From: Citrobacter koseri ATCC BAA-895
GTDB lineage: Bacteria; Pseudomonadota; Gammaproteobacteria; Enterobacterales; Enterobacteriaceae
Direction of reading: 5' to 3'
Assembly: GCF_000018045.1 (NCBI RefSeq)
Contig: NC_009792.1
Location: 115,824 to 147,823, forward strand
Length of the DNA: 32,000 nucleotides
Shown here piece by piece: positions 10,299-20,894 of this stretch (the first letter of the stretch is position 1; each line of letters opens with the position of its first letter). A program made the position numbers and the translations under genes. The notes beneath the pieces are model-generated. The model saw only the letters and a program-made list of their open reading frames with translations. It did no database searches and was not told the origin of the DNA.

Positions 10299-11365
10299 TG
10301 AAACGGATTCTGGTCACTGGCGGCGCGGGATTTATCGGCTCTGCCGTTGTACGCCACATCATTGATGAAACCCCCGACGCCGTGGTGGTGGTGGATAAGC
10401 TCACCTACGCCGGAAACCTGATGTCGCTGGCGCCAGTTGCACAGCATGAGCGCTTTGCCTTTGAGAGAGTGGATATCTGCGATCGGGCATCGCTGGATCG
10501 CGTTTTTCAGCAGTACCAGCCGGATTACGTGATGCATCTGGCGGCGGAAAGCCACGTTGATCGGTCTATCGACGGCCCGGCTGCGTTTATTGAAACCAAT
10601 ATCGTGGGAACCTACACGCTGCTGGAAGCGGCCCGGACTTACTGGGCGACGCTCAATGATGAGAAAAAATCGGCGTTTCGTTTCCACCATATCTCCACTG
10701 ACGAGGTGTATGGCGATCTGCATTCCACGGATGATTTCTTTACTGAGACCACGCCGTATGCGCCGAGCAGTCCTTATTCCGCCTCGAAAGCCAGCAGCGA
10801 TCACCTGGTGCGCGCGTGGTTGCGCACCTATGGTCTGCCGACGCTGGTCACTAACTGTTCCAATAATTACGGCCCTTACCACTTCCCGGAAAAGCTGATC
10901 CCATTGATGATCCTGAACGCGCTGGCGGGTAAACCGCTGCCGGTGTATGGCAATGGACAACAGATCCGCGACTGGCTGTACGTTGAAGATCACGCCAGGG
11001 CGCTGTATCGCGTGCTGACGGCGGGCGAAGTGGGGGAGACATATAACATTGGCGGCCATAATGAGCGTAAGAATCTGGAGGTTGTGGAAACGATTTGCGA
11101 TCTGCTGGAAGAGCTTGCGCCACAAAAACCGCTGGGCGTGGCGCATTATCGCTCCCTGATCGCTTTTGTGGATGACCGTCCAGGCCATGATTTACGCTAT
11201 GCCATCGACGCAGCGAAAATTGCGCGTGAACTTGGCTGGACGCCGCAGGAAACCTTTGAAAGCGGAATGCGGAAAACCGTGCAGTGGTATCTGGCGAATG
11301 AGGCCTGGTGGAAGCCCGTGCAGGATGGCAGCTATCAGGGTGAACGTTTAGGTCTGAAGGGCTAA
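10298..11365 (+). CDS. rffG: dTDP-glucose 4,6-dehydratase (ECA-cluster paralogue of RfbB)
   Basis: 355 aa. Extended-SDR motifs GGAGFIGS and YSASK. The start overlaps the wecC stop by 1 nt (TGATG). Confidence 0.95.
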   Translation: MKRILVTGGAGFIGSAVVRHIIDETPDAVVVVDKLTYAGNLMSLAPVAQHERFAFERVDICDRASLDRVFQQYQPDYVMHLAAESHVDRSIDGPAAFIETNIVGTYTLLEAARTYWATLNDEKKSAFRFHHISTDEVYGDLHSTDDFFTETTPYAPSSPYSASKASSDHLVRAWLRTYGLPTLVTNCSNNYGPYHFPEKLIPLMILNALAGKPLPVYGNGQQIRDWLYVEDHARALYRVLTAGEVGETYNIGGHNERKNLEVVETICDLLEELAPQKPLGVAHYRSLIAFVDDRPGHDLRYAIDAAKIARELGWTPQETFESGMRKTVQWYLANEAWWKPVQDGSYQGERLGLKG

Positions 11366-11382
11366 ACCCGGAGGAGGAACGC

Positions 11383-12264
11383 ATGAAAGGTATCATTCTG
11401 GCGGGCGGCTCTGGCACCCGCCTGCATCCGATTACGCGCGGCGTGTCAAAGCAGCTTCTGCCGATTTATGACAAGCCGATGATCTACTATCCGCTGTCGG
11501 TACTGATGCTGGCGGGTATCCGGGAAATCCTGATTATCACCACACCGGAAGATAAGCACTATTTTCAGCGTCTGCTGGGCGATGGTTCGGAGTTTGGCAT
11601 TGAGTTGCAATATGCCGAACAACCCAGCCCGGATGGGCTGGCGCAGGCCTTTATCATTGGTGAAACATTCCTTAACGGCGAGCCGTCCTGTCTTGTACTG
11701 GGCGACAATATCTTCTTTGGTCAGGGTTTCAGCCCGAAATTGCGTCATGTGGCGGCGCGAACCGAAGGGGCGACCGTTTTTGGTTATCAGGTTATGGACC
11801 CGGAACGTTTTGGCGTCGTGGAGTTCGACGACAATTTTCGCGCGGTCTCGCTGGAAGAAAAGCCGAAACAGCCGAAATCAAACTGGGCGGTGACCGGTCT
11901 CTATTTTTACGACAGCAAGGTAGTAGAGTACGCGAAGCGCGTGAAGCCTTCCGAGCGCGGTGAGCTGGAAATTACGTCCATTAATCAGATGTACCTTAAT
12001 GACGGCAAGCTGACGGTTGAGTTGCTCGGTCGCGGCTTTGCGTGGCTGGATACCGGCACCCATGACAGCCTGATTGAAGCGAGCACGTTTGTGCAGACGG
12101 TTGAAAAACGCCAGGGCTTCAAAATCGCCTGTCTGGAAGAGATCGCCTGGCGCAACGGCTGGCTGGATGACGAGGGCGTAAAACGCGCCGCCAGTTCTTT
12201 AGCGAAAACCGGCTACGGCCAATATTTACTGGAGCTACTCCGTGCCCGTCCGCGCCAGTATTGA
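11383..12264 (+). CDS. rffH: Glucose-1-phosphate thymidylyltransferase (ECA-cluster paralogue of RfbA)
   Basis: 293 aa. Nucleotidyltransferase signature [22 protein letters not shown] lies 5-11 nt upstream of the ATG. Confidence 0.95.
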   Translation: MKGIILAGGSGTRLHPITRGVSKQLLPIYDKPMIYYPLSVLMLAGIREILIITTPEDKHYFQRLLGDGSEFGIELQYAEQPSPDGLAQAFIIGETFLNGEPSCLVLGDNIFFGQGFSPKLRHVAARTEGATVFGYQVMDPERFGVVEFDDNFRAVSLEEKPKQPKSNWAVTGLYFYDSKVVEYAKRVKPSERGELEITSINQMYLNDGKLTVELLGRGFAWLDTGTHDSLIEASTFVQTVEKRQGFKIACLEEIAWRNGWLDDEGVKRAASSLAKTGYGQYLLELLRARPRQY

Positions 12265-12919
12265 ACCATTAACGTGGGAAAATACGTTCTTTGGCGTCAA
12301 TAGCGCTATTGTTCGCGTGAACCCTGCCGCGCCGGTGTTAACGCCAGAGGCATTGCAACCCTGGTCGCGCGTGCAGGCGAAAATTTCTGCTGCGCGCACG
12401 GATGAATTAGATGCGCTGCAACAGTTGGGGTTTTCGCTGGTAGAAGGCGAAGTCGACTTCAGCCTGCCGGTCGCTGGCGTTGAACGTATTTCTGGCGTGG
12501 AAATTGCACAAATTGCCGATATTCCCGCGTTACGTCAACAGGCGTCCGCCGCGTTTGCGCAAAGCCGTTTCCGCGCACCGTGGTATGCGCCGGACGCCAG
12601 CGCCCGTTTTTATGCTCAGTGGATTGAAAATGCCGTGCGCGGCACCTTCGATCACCAGTGTCTGGTTATCCGGGCGGCGAATAACGATATTCGCGGGTTT
12701 GTCTCGCTGCGCGAACTGAACGACACCGATGCGCGCATCGGCCTGCTGGCCGGGCGTGGCGCAGGAGCAGAATTAATGCAGGCAGCGCTCGCGTGGGCGC
12801 AGTCTCGCGGAAAGACAACATTGCGGGTGGCGACCCAGATGGGCAACACCGCCGCGCTTAAACGTTATATACAGAGCGGTGGCAACGTAGAAAGCACCGC
12901 GTACTGGTTATACAGGTGA
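12242..12919 (+). CDS. rffC: dTDP-fucosamine (TDP-Fuc4N) acetyltransferase, GNAT family
   Basis: GTG start at 12242 ([14 protein letters not shown]... matches the E. coli WecD/RffC N-terminus). It overlaps the rffH 3' end by 23 nt. GNAT-like C-terminal half. Confidence 0.88.
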   Translation: MPVRASIEPLTWENTFFGVNSAIVRVNPAAPVLTPEALQPWSRVQAKISAARTDELDALQQLGFSLVEGEVDFSLPVAGVERISGVEIAQIADIPALRQQASAAFAQSRFRAPWYAPDASARFYAQWIENAVRGTFDHQCLVIRAANNDIRGFVSLRELNDTDARIGLLAGRGAGAELMQAALAWAQSRGKTTLRVATQMGNTAALKRYIQSGGNVESTAYWLYR

Positions 12920-12923
12920 CAAA

Positions 12924-14054
12924 ATGATTCCATTTAACGCGCCGCCGGTGGTGGGAACCGAACTCGATTACATGCAGTCAGCGCTGGGAAGCGGCAAGCT
13001 TTGCGGAGATGGCGGCTTTACGCGCCGTTGCCAGCAGTGGCTGGAGCAACGTTTTGGCAGCGCTAAAGTGTTGCTGACGCCATCCTGTACGGCGTCACTT
13101 GAAATGGCGGCATTGCTGCTGGACATCCAGCCGGGCGATGAAGTCATTATGCCAAGCTACACCTTCGTTTCTACCGCCAACGCCTTTGTGCTGCGCGGGG
13201 CGAAAATCATTTTCGTCGATATCCGCCCGGATACCATGAACATTGATGAAACGCTGATTGAAGCGGCGATTACCGACAAGACGCGCGTCATTGTTCCGGT
13301 GCATTACGCGGGCGTCGCTTGCGAAATGGACACCATTATGGCGATTGCGAAGCGTCATAATCTGTTTGTGGTGGAAGATGCCGCGCAGGGCGTGATGTCG
13401 ACCTGGAAAGGCCGTGCGCTGGGGACGATTGGTCATATCGGTTGCTTCAGTTTTCACGAAACCAAAAACTACACGGCAGGTGGTGAAGGCGGCGCGACGC
13501 TGATTAACGACCGTTCCCTGATTGAACGGGCGGAAATCATCCGTGAAAAAGGCACCAATCGCAGCCAGTTCTTCCGGGGACAGGTGGATAAATACACCTG
13601 GCGGGATATCGGCTCCAGCTATCTGATGTCCGATCTCCAGGCGGCGTATCTGTGGGCGCAGCTGGAAGCGGCCGAACGCATCAATCAACAGCGTCTGGCG
13701 CTGTGGCAGACCTACTATGACGCACTGGCGCCGCTGGCGCGTGCGGGACGTATTGACCTGCCCTCTATCCCGGACGACTGTAGGCACAACGCGCATATGT
13801 TTTATATCAAACTGCGGGATATTACCGATCGCAGCGCGCTGATCAACTTCCTGAAAGAGGCGGAAATCATGGCGGTGTTCCATTACATCCCGCTACATGA
13901 TTGTCCGGCAGGCGACAAGTTTGGCGAGTTCCGTGGCGAAGATCGGTACACCACCAAAGAGAGCGAGCGCCTGCTGCGCTTGCCGCTGTTTTATAATCTG
14001 TCTCCCGTTAATCAGCGAACGGTGATTTCGACCTTGCTGAACTATTTCTCCTGA
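12924..14054 (+). CDS. rffA: dTDP-4-amino-4,6-dideoxygalactose transaminase (DegT/DnrJ/EryC1 family)
   Basis: 376 aa PLP-dependent sugar aminotransferase fold, with the probable PLP lysine in FSFHETKN. Position in the cluster fits. Confidence 0.93.
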   Translation: MIPFNAPPVVGTELDYMQSALGSGKLCGDGGFTRRCQQWLEQRFGSAKVLLTPSCTASLEMAALLLDIQPGDEVIMPSYTFVSTANAFVLRGAKIIFVDIRPDTMNIDETLIEAAITDKTRVIVPVHYAGVACEMDTIMAIAKRHNLFVVEDAAQGVMSTWKGRALGTIGHIGCFSFHETKNYTAGGEGGATLINDRSLIERAEIIREKGTNRSQFFRGQVDKYTWRDIGSSYLMSDLQAAYLWAQLEAAERINQQRLALWQTYYDALAPLARAGRIDLPSIPDDCRHNAHMFYIKLRDITDRSALINFLKEAEIMAVFHYIPLHDCPAGDKFGEFRGEDRYTTKESERLLRLPLFYNLSPVNQRTVISTLLNYFS

Positions 14055-14055
14055 T

Positions 14056-15306
14056 ATGTCGCTTGCGAAAGCGTCCCTGTGGACGGCCGCCAGTACGCTG
14101 GTGAAAATTGGCGCAGGCTTACTGGTCGTAAAACTGCTGGCGGTGTCGTTTGGCCCTGCGGGCGTCGGCCAGGCGGGTAACTTCCGCCAGATGGTGACCG
14201 TGCTCGGCGTGCTGGCCGGGGCCGGAATATTTAACGGGGTGACGAAGTATGTTGCTCAGCATCATGATAACCCTGCCCGGTTGCGTAACGTGGTGGGCAC
14301 TTCATCCGCAATGGTGCTGGGGTTCTCCACGCTACTGGCGCTGGTCTTCGTGCTGGCGGCGGCCCCCATTAGCCAGGGGCTGTTTGGGCATAGCCACTAC
14401 CAGGGGCTGGTGCGTTTAGTGGCGCTGGTGCAGATGGGGATCGCTTGGGCGAACCTGCTGCTGGCGCTGATGAAAGGGTTTCGTGACGCTGCCGGGAATG
14501 CGCTGTCGCTGATTGTGGGGAGCCTGGTGGGGGTTGTGGCCTACTATGGCTGCTACCGTCTGGGCGGCTATGAAGGTGCGCTGCTGGGTCTGGCGCTGGT
14601 GCCTGCGCTGGTGGTGATCCCGGCGGCGATTATGCTGATTAAACGCGGCGCGATCCCGCTTAGCTACCTGAAACCGTCGTGGGATAAAGGGCTTGCCGGA
14701 CAGCTCAGCAAATTTACGCTGATGGCGCTGATTACGTCCGTCACGCTACCGGTGGCTTATGTGATGATGCGAAACCTGCTGGCGGCGCATTACAGCTGGG
14801 ATGATGTTGGTATCTGGCAGGGCGTAAGCAGTATTTCCGATGCCTATCTACAATTTATTACCGCCTCGTTTAGCGTGTACTTATTGCCAACGCTGTCGCG
14901 TCTGACCGAAAAGCAGGCGATTACGCGCGAAGTGGTGAAATCGCTGAAATTTGTTCTGCCTGCGGTGGCGGCGGCGAGTTTTACGGTCTGGCTGCTGCGT
15001 GATTTCGCCATCTGGCTGCTCTTTTCCGCCAAATTCACCGCCATGCGCGATCTGTTCGCCTGGCAACTGGTGGGCGATGTGCTGAAAGTGGGCGCGTACG
15101 TTTTTGGCTATCTGGTGATCGCAAAAGCGTCGCTGCGGTTTTATATTCTGGCTGAGATTAGCCAGTTCATTTTGTTGATGGCATTCGCTCACTGGCTGAT
15201 CCCCGCGCATGGCGCGCTGGGGGCGGCACAGGCGTATATGGCCACCTATGTGGTCTATTTCTCTCTCTGTTGTGGCGTGTTTTTACTCTGGCGTAGGCGG
15301 GCATGA
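14056..15306 (+). CDS. wzxE: ECA lipid III flippase (Wzx/MOP family)
   Basis: 416 aa, highly hydrophobic and polytopic (about 12 predicted TM segments by eye). It starts 1 nt after the rffA stop. Confidence 0.9.
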
Positions 15307-16382
15307 CTGTACTGATTCACGTACTGGGATCGGATATCCCTCACCATAATCAAACCGTGCTACGGTTTTTCAATGATGCGCTGGCCGCGACAAGCGAGCA
15401 TGCGCGCGTGTTTATGGTTGCAGGTCAGGATGCGGGGCTCAGGGAAAGCTGCCCGGCTCTGTCGCTGAGTTTCTACGCCGGGAAAAAAACGCTGGCTGAG
15501 GCGGTCATCGCCAAAGCGAAAGCCAATCGCCAGCAACGTTTCTTCTTCCACGGTCAGTTCAATACCAGCCTGTGGCTGGCGCTGCTAAGTGGCGGAATCA
15601 AACCTGAGCAGTTTTACTGGCACATCTGGGGCGCGGATCTGTATGAAGTTTCCCGTGGGCTGAAATTCCGTCTGTTTTACCCCGTTCGTCGCATGGCGCA
15701 AAATCGAGTGGGCTGTGTGTTCGCTACTCGTGGCGATTTGAGCTATTTCGCCCGTCAGCACCCGCGCGTGCGTGGTGAACTGCTCTATTTCCCGACGCGA
15801 ATGGACTCTTCGCTTAATAACATGGCAAACGATCGTCCGCGTGAAGGGAAAATGACGGTTCTGGTGGGTAACTCCGGCGATCGCAGTAACGAACATATTG
15901 CGGCGTTACGCGCGGTGTATCAGCAGTTCGGCGACACGGTAAATGTGATCGTGCCGATGGGCTATCCGGCCAATAACGACGCGTACATTGATGAAGTCCG
16001 TCAGGCGGGACTGGCGCTGTTCAGTGCGGAAAATTTGCACATCCTCAGCGAAAAACTGGAATTCGATGCCTATCTGGCGCTGCTTCGCCAGTGCGACCTC
16101 GGGTATTTCATCTTTGCCCGTCAGCAGGGAATCGGCACGTTGTGCCTGCTTATCCAGGCGGGTGTCCCGTGCGTGCTTAACCGTGAGAACCCGTTCTGGC
16201 AGGATATGGCGGAACAGCATCTGCCCGTGTTGTTCACGACGGACGCGCTTAATGAGGGCGTGGTTCGTGAGGCGCAGCGGCAGCTGGCGTCCGTGGATAA
16301 AAGCGGGATCACCTTCTTTAGCCCAAATTACCTTGAACCGTGGCATAACGCGTTACGCATTGCCGCAGGAGAAGCCGCATGA
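15303..16382 (+). CDS. rffT: TDP-Fuc4NAc:lipid II 4-alpha-L-fucosaminyltransferase
   Basis: 359 aa soluble-type glycosyltransferase between wzxE and wzyE, matching WecF/RffT in length and position. ATGA overlap with wzxE. Confidence 0.88.
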
Positions 16383-17731
16383 GCCTGATGCAATTTAGCG
16401 GGTTACTGGTCGTCTGGCTGCTCTCTACGCTGTTTATCGCCACGTTGACCTGGTTTGAGTTTCGCCGCGTGCGCTTTAACTTCAACGTATTCTTTTCATT
16501 GCTGTTTTTGCTGACCTTTTTCTTCGGCTTCCCGTTGACCAGCGTGCTGGTGTTCCGCTTTGACGTCGGCGTGGCGCCGCCGGAAATCCTGTTGCAGGCG
16601 TTATTGTCCGCTGCGTGTTTTTATGCCGTTTATTACGTGACCTATAAAACCCGCTTACGTAAACGCGTGACGGATGTGCCGCGCAAGCCGCTATTTACCA
16701 TGAACCGGGTGGAGACTCACCTTACCTGGGTCATGCTGATGGGGATTGCACTGGTGAGCGTTGGCATCTTCTTTATGCACAATGGGTTCCTGCTGTTCCG
16801 GCTGCACTCTTACAGCCAGATCTTCTCCAGCGAAGTCTCCGGCGTGGCATTGAAACGCTTCTTCTACTTCTTTATTCCGGCGATGCTGGTGATCTACTTC
16901 CTGCGCCAGGACAGTAAAGCGTGGCTGTTTTTCCTGGTGAGTACCGTTGCGTTTGGCCTGCTGACCTACATGATTGTTGGCGGCACGCGCGCTAACATCA
17001 TCATCGCGTTTGCCATCTTCCTGTTTATCGGCATTATTCGTGGCTGGATCTCGCTGTGGATGCTGGTGGCGGCGGGGGTGCTGGGAATTGTCGGGATGTT
17101 CTGGCTGGCGCTGAAGCGCTATGGGCTGAACGTGAGCGGCGATGAGGCGTTTTACACTTTCCTGTATCTGACCCGTGATACCTTTTCGCCGTGGGAGAAC
17201 CTGGCGCTGCTGTTGCAAAACTACGACAACATCGATTTCCAGGGACTGGCGCCGATCGTCCGTGATTTTTATGTCTTCATTCCTTCGTGGCTGTGGCCTG
17301 GGCGTCCGGGCATTGTGCTGAATTCAGCCAACTACTTTACCTGGGAAGTGCTGAACAACCACTCAGGCCTCGCCATTTCCCCCACGCTGATTGGTTCGCT
17401 GGTGGTGATGGGCGGCGCGCTGTTTATCCCTCTGGGGGCGGTCGCGGTTGGGCTGATTATCAAATGGTTTGACTGGCTGTATGAGCTTGGCAACCGCGAG
17501 ACGAATCGCTATAAGGCGGCGATTTTGCACAGTTTCTGCTTTGGCGCCATCTTCAATATGATTGTTCTGGCGCGAGAAGGGCTGGATTCTTTTGTCTCGC
17601 GAGTGGTCTTTTTCCTCGTGATTTTTGGTGCCTGCCTGCTGGTGGCAAAACTTTTGTTCTGGCTTTTCGATTGTGCCGGGTTGGTCCATCAACGGGCGAA
17701 ACCGCAGCCGCAGACTCAGGTTGAAGGATAA
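16379..17731 (+). CDS. wzyE: ECA polymerase
   Basis: 450 aa polytopic membrane protein. ATGA overlap with rffT. Length and position match WzyE. Confidence 0.9.
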
Positions 17732-17733
17732 TA

Positions 17734-18474
17734 ATGACGGATAACACGACAGCGCCGCTCTATTCACTTCGTGGATTGCAGTTGATTGGCTGGCGCGATA
17801 TGCAACATGCGCTGAATTACCTGTTTGCCGATGGGCAAATGAAGCAGGGTACGCTGGTGGCGATCAATGCTGAGAAAATGCTGACCGCAGAAGATGACCC
17901 GGAAGTCAGGGCGTTGATTGATGCCGCCGAGTTTAAATATGCGGATGGCATTAGCGTCGTGCGCTCAGTGCGTAAGAAATTCCCCCAGGCGCAGGTTTCA
18001 CGGGTGGCCGGGGCCGATCTCTGGGAAGAACTGATGGCGCGCGCTGGTAAAGAAGGGACGCCCGTTTTTCTGGTCGGCGGTAAGCCGGAGGTGCTGGCGC
18101 AGACGGAAGCGAAACTGCGTGCGCAGTGGAACGTCAATATTGTCGGTAGCCAGGACGGTTATTTTAAACCTGAGCAGCGCCAGGCGCTGTTTGAGCGCAT
18201 CCATGCCAGCGGGGCGAAGATTGTGACCGTGGCGATGGGATCGCCGAAACAAGAAATCCTGATGCGCGACTGTCGGGTGATTCATCCTCAGGCCTTATAT
18301 ATGGGGGTGGGCGGCACCTACGATGTCTTTACCGGTCATGTGAAACGCGCGCCCAAAATGTGGCAGACGCTGGGGCTGGAGTGGCTGTATCGCCTGCTGT
18401 CTCAGCCGAGCCGTATCACCCGCCAGCTGCGTCTGTTGCGCTATCTCCGCTGGCATTACACCGGCAATCTCTGA
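17734..18474 (+). CDS. rffM: UDP-ManNAcA:lipid I ManNAcA transferase (WecG/TagA/CpsF family)
   Basis: 246 aa and the last gene of the cluster. It starts 2 nt after the wzyE stop. The GT26-family conserved C-terminal region is present (MGSPKQE, WLYRL). Confidence 0.9.
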   Translation: MTDNTTAPLYSLRGLQLIGWRDMQHALNYLFADGQMKQGTLVAINAEKMLTAEDDPEVRALIDAAEFKYADGISVVRSVRKKFPQAQVSRVAGADLWEELMARAGKEGTPVFLVGGKPEVLAQTEAKLRAQWNVNIVGSQDGYFKPEQRQALFERIHASGAKIVTVAMGSPKQEILMRDCRVIHPQALYMGVGGTYDVFTGHVKRAPKMWQTLGLEWLYRLLSQPSRITRQLRLLRYLRWHYTGNL

Positions 18475-18680
18475 ACGCTGCTTTTCTTACGGGCAGCGCA
18501 TTCTGCTTAATACGTTGCTCGCCTCCCACATTTTTGTTCCTTTTTTACACAAAACATGCATTTTTTTAATGCTTCATTTGCCATTTTGCCAAATTTAAGA
18601 AACCATTCGCATCGCTTGATGTACCCATAACAATAACCGGCAACAACGCCGGAACGAGTGCAAACACGACAAGAGGATTT

Positions 18681-20066
18681 ATGGCAGAGAAAAAACCGGA
18701 GCTACAGCGTGGGCTGGAAGCTCGTCATATCGAATTGATCGCCCTTGGGGGCACGATTGGCGTTGGGCTGTTTATGGGCGCCGCCAGTACGCTGAAATGG
18801 GCGGGGCCCTCCGTGCTGCTGGCGTATATCGTCGCCGGGCTGTTCGTCTTTTTCATCATGCGCTCAATGGGCGAAATGCTGTTCCTGGAGCCGGTTACTG
18901 GCTCATTCGCCGTTTATGCGCACCGTTACATGAGCCCCTTCTTTGGCTATCTCACCGCGTGGTCATACTGGTTTATGTGGATGGCGGTGGGGATATCGGA
19001 AATAACCGCTATCGGGGTATACGTGCAGTTCTGGTTCCCGGACATGGCGCAATGGATACCCGCCCTGATCGCCGTTGGGCTGGTGGCGCTGGCTAATCTG
19101 GCCGCCGTCCGTCTGTACGGCGAAATCGAGTTCTGGTTTGCGATGATCAAAGTCACCACCATCATTGTGATGATTGTGGTCGGACTGGGGGTGATTTTCT
19201 TTGGCTTTGGCAATGGCGGCCAGGCGATCGGTTTTGGCAACCTGACGGAACACGGCGGCTTCTTTGCCGGTGGCTGGAAAGGGTTCCTGACGGCGTTGTG
19301 TATTGTGGTCGCCTCCTATCAGGGCGTGGAGCTGATCGGCATTACCGCGGGTGAAGCGAAGAATCCGCAGGTTACGCTGCGCAGCGCGGTAGGCAAGGTA
19401 CTGTGGCGTATCCTGATTTTCTATGTAGGGGCGATTTTCGTTATCGTGACGATCTTCCCGTGGAACGAAATCGGCAGTAACGGTAGTCCGTTTGTACTCA
19501 CTTTTGCCAAAATCGGGATTACCGCTGCGGCGGGCATTATTAACTTCGTGGTGCTGACCGCCGCGCTTTCCGGCTGTAACAGCGGCATGTATAGCTGTGG
19601 ACGTATGCTGTATGCCCTGGCAAAAAACCGCCAGCTTCCGGCGGCGATGGCGAAAGTCTCCCGTCATGGTGTACCGGTCGCCGGGGTGGCGCTGTCGATC
19701 GCGATTCTGCTGATTGGTTCATGCCTGAACTACATTATTCCGAACCCGCAGCGGGTGTTTGTGTATGTCTACAGCGCCAGCGTATTGCCGGGTATGGTGC
19801 CGTGGTTCGTGATCCTGATTAGCCAGTTGCGTTTCCGTCGTGCTCATAAAGACGCGATGATCAGCCATCCTTTCCGTTCTATTATGTTCCCGTGGGCGAA
19901 TTATCTGACGATGGCGTTCCTGGTTTGCGTTTTAATTGGCATGTACTTGAATGAAGATACCCGTATGTCGCTGTTTGTCGGCATCATCTTCCTGCTTGCC
20001 GTCACGCTCGTCTACAAGGTTTTCGGCCTGAATCGCGCCGGAACTGCCCACAAGGTGGGGGAATAA
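18681..20066 (+). CDS. yifK: APC-superfamily amino-acid permease YifK (reported threonine/serine carrier)
   Basis: 461 aa with 12-TM type composition. The N-terminal amino-acid permease signature is present ([26 protein letters not shown]). AAGAGG SD at 18671-18676. Confidence 0.92.
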   Translation: MAEKKPELQRGLEARHIELIALGGTIGVGLFMGAASTLKWAGPSVLLAYIVAGLFVFFIMRSMGEMLFLEPVTGSFAVYAHRYMSPFFGYLTAWSYWFMWMAVGISEITAIGVYVQFWFPDMAQWIPALIAVGLVALANLAAVRLYGEIEFWFAMIKVTTIIVMIVVGLGVIFFGFGNGGQAIGFGNLTEHGGFFAGGWKGFLTALCIVVASYQGVELIGITAGEAKNPQVTLRSAVGKVLWRILIFYVGAIFVIVTIFPWNEIGSNGSPFVLTFAKIGITAAAGIINFVVLTAALSGCNSGMYSCGRMLYALAKNRQLPAAMAKVSRHGVPVAGVALSIAILLIGSCLNYIIPNPQRVFVYVYSASVLPGMVPWFVILISQLRFRRAHKDAMISHPFRSIMFPWANYLTMAFLVCVLIGMYLNEDTRMSLFVGIIFLLAVTLVYKVFGLNRAGTAHKVGE

Positions 20067-20118
20067 GCAGCAAAACGCGCAAAGCGTAACCAAACGCGCA
20101 TTTTATTTAAAAAGGCAC

Positions 20119-20147
20119 TAGACAGAGGGGTGGGAAGTCCGTATTAT
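20119..20147 (+). promoter_or_regulatory. Candidate promoter of the argX-hisR-leuT-proM tRNA operon
   Basis: TAGACA (20119-20124), a 17-bp spacer, then TATTAT (20142-20147). An A/T-rich UP-like tract (TTTTATTTAAAAAGG, 20101-20115) lies upstream. A GC-rich discriminator (CCACCCCCGC) follows, typical of stringently controlled stable-RNA promoters. Confidence 0.6.
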
Positions 20148-20168
20148 CCACCCCCGCAACGGCGCTAA

Positions 20169-20245
<77 letters not shown>

Positions 20246-20298
20246 TTTACCCGGTGCTGGAGCTGCGGTGGTTTTAATACCGCGTAAAAGATTTCAGT

Positions 20299-20375
20299 GG
20301 TGGCTATAGCTCAGTTGGTAGAGCCCTGGATTGTGATTCCAGTTGTCGTGGGTTCGAATCCCATTAGCCACCCCA
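20299..20375 (+). tRNA. hisR: tRNA-His (anticodon GTG) with encoded G-1
   Basis: 77 nt. It begins GGTGGCTATAGCTCAGTTGGTAGAGC (extra 5' G characteristic of tRNA-His). Anticodon loop TT-GTG-AT, T-loop GGTTCGAATCC, 3' end CCA. Confidence 0.97.
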
Positions 20376-20394
20376 TTATTAAAAGTTGTGAAAT

Positions 20395-20481
20395 GCGAAG
20401 GTGGCGGAATTGGTAGACGCGCTAGCTTCAGGTGTTAGTGTCCTTACGGACGTGGGGGTTCAAGTCCCCCCCCTCGCACCA
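20395..20481 (+). tRNA. leuT: tRNA-Leu (anticodon CAG), long variable arm
   Basis: 87 nt. It begins GCGAAGGTGGCGGAATTGGTAGACGC. Anticodon loop CT-CAG-GT, a class II variable arm, T-loop GGTTCAAGTCC, 3' end ACCA. Confidence 0.97.
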
Positions 20482-20524
20482 CGACTTAAAGAGTTGAACT
20501 AAAAATTCAAAAAAAGCAGTACAT

Positions 20525-20601
20525 CGGCGAGTAGCGCAGCTTGGTAGCGCAACTGGTTTGGGACCAGTGGGTCGGAGGTTCGAATCCTCTCTCGCCGACC
20601 A
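20525..20601 (+). tRNA. proM: tRNA-Pro (anticodon TGG)
   Basis: 77 nt. It begins CGGCGAGTAGCGCAGCTTGGTAGCGC. Anticodon loop TT-TGG-GA, T-loop GGTTCGAATCC, 3' end ACCA. Confidence 0.97.
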
Positions 20602-20607
20602 ATTTTG

Positions 20608-20636
20608 AACCCCGCTTCGGCGGGGTTTTTTGTTTT
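20608..20636 (+). terminator. Intrinsic terminator of the tRNA operon
   Basis: AACCCCGC (20608-20615), a TTCG tetraloop, then GCGGGGTT (20620-20627), running into TTTTTTGTTTT. Confidence 0.9.
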
Positions 20637-20676
20637 CACCTCTTCTTCCTCTTCTTTCCCGATCCCCCTGTATCGC

Positions 20677-20694
20677 TGTCGCAATGTTGAGACA
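20677..20694. promoter_or_regulatory. TGTC-N10-GACA site 1 (GlrR/QseF-type activator binding site)
   Basis: Exact TGTC-GCAATGTTGA-GACA. It is one of three identical-architecture sites upstream of a sigma54-type promoter. Confidence 0.7.
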
Positions 20695-20708
20695 TTCCAG
20701 GCTTCTGT

Positions 20709-20726
20709 TGTCGCTATCTGGTGACA
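20709..20726. promoter_or_regulatory. TGTC-N10-GACA site 2 (GlrR/QseF-type activator binding site)
   Basis: Exact TGTC-GCTATCTGGT-GACA. Its centre is 32 bp from the centre of site 1. Confidence 0.7.
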
Positions 20727-20771
20727 TCTAACATCATGATTTATCAATAATTATTGGTATTGCGTGTTATT

Positions 20772-20789
20772 TGTCTCCGTTCAGAGACA
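20772..20789. promoter_or_regulatory. TGTC-N10-GACA site 3 (GlrR/QseF-type activator binding site)
   Basis: Exact TGTC-TCCGTTCAGA-GACA. Its centre is 63 bp from the centre of site 2 and about 116 bp upstream of the -24 GG. Confidence 0.7.
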
Positions 20790-20894
20790 AAGAGGGGATT
20801 TTTATGGCGAAGAAGGCTGGCAGAAACCGCCGCAGAGCCGCGAATGGCCTGATACGTTAAAAAGTCTGAATCCTTATTTTTGGCGGTGCAATCC

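Noticed and set aside
10265-11188. 307-aa ORF antisense to rffG, plus the 188-aa ORF 10851-11417
   Set aside because: These are shadow ORFs opposite a conserved SDR dehydratase gene, with an Arg-rich composition unlike real proteins.
20428-20747. 99-aa and 82-aa minus-strand ORFs
   Set aside because: They run through tRNA-Leu, tRNA-Pro and the operon terminator. The tRNA cloverleafs explain the sequence completely.
20730-20760. IHF binding site call in the A/T-rich tract between the TGTC-N10-GACA sites
   Set aside because: TATCAATAATTAT only partly fits WATCAANNNNTTR (mismatch in the TTR part). It is plausible by context but too weak to list as a feature.
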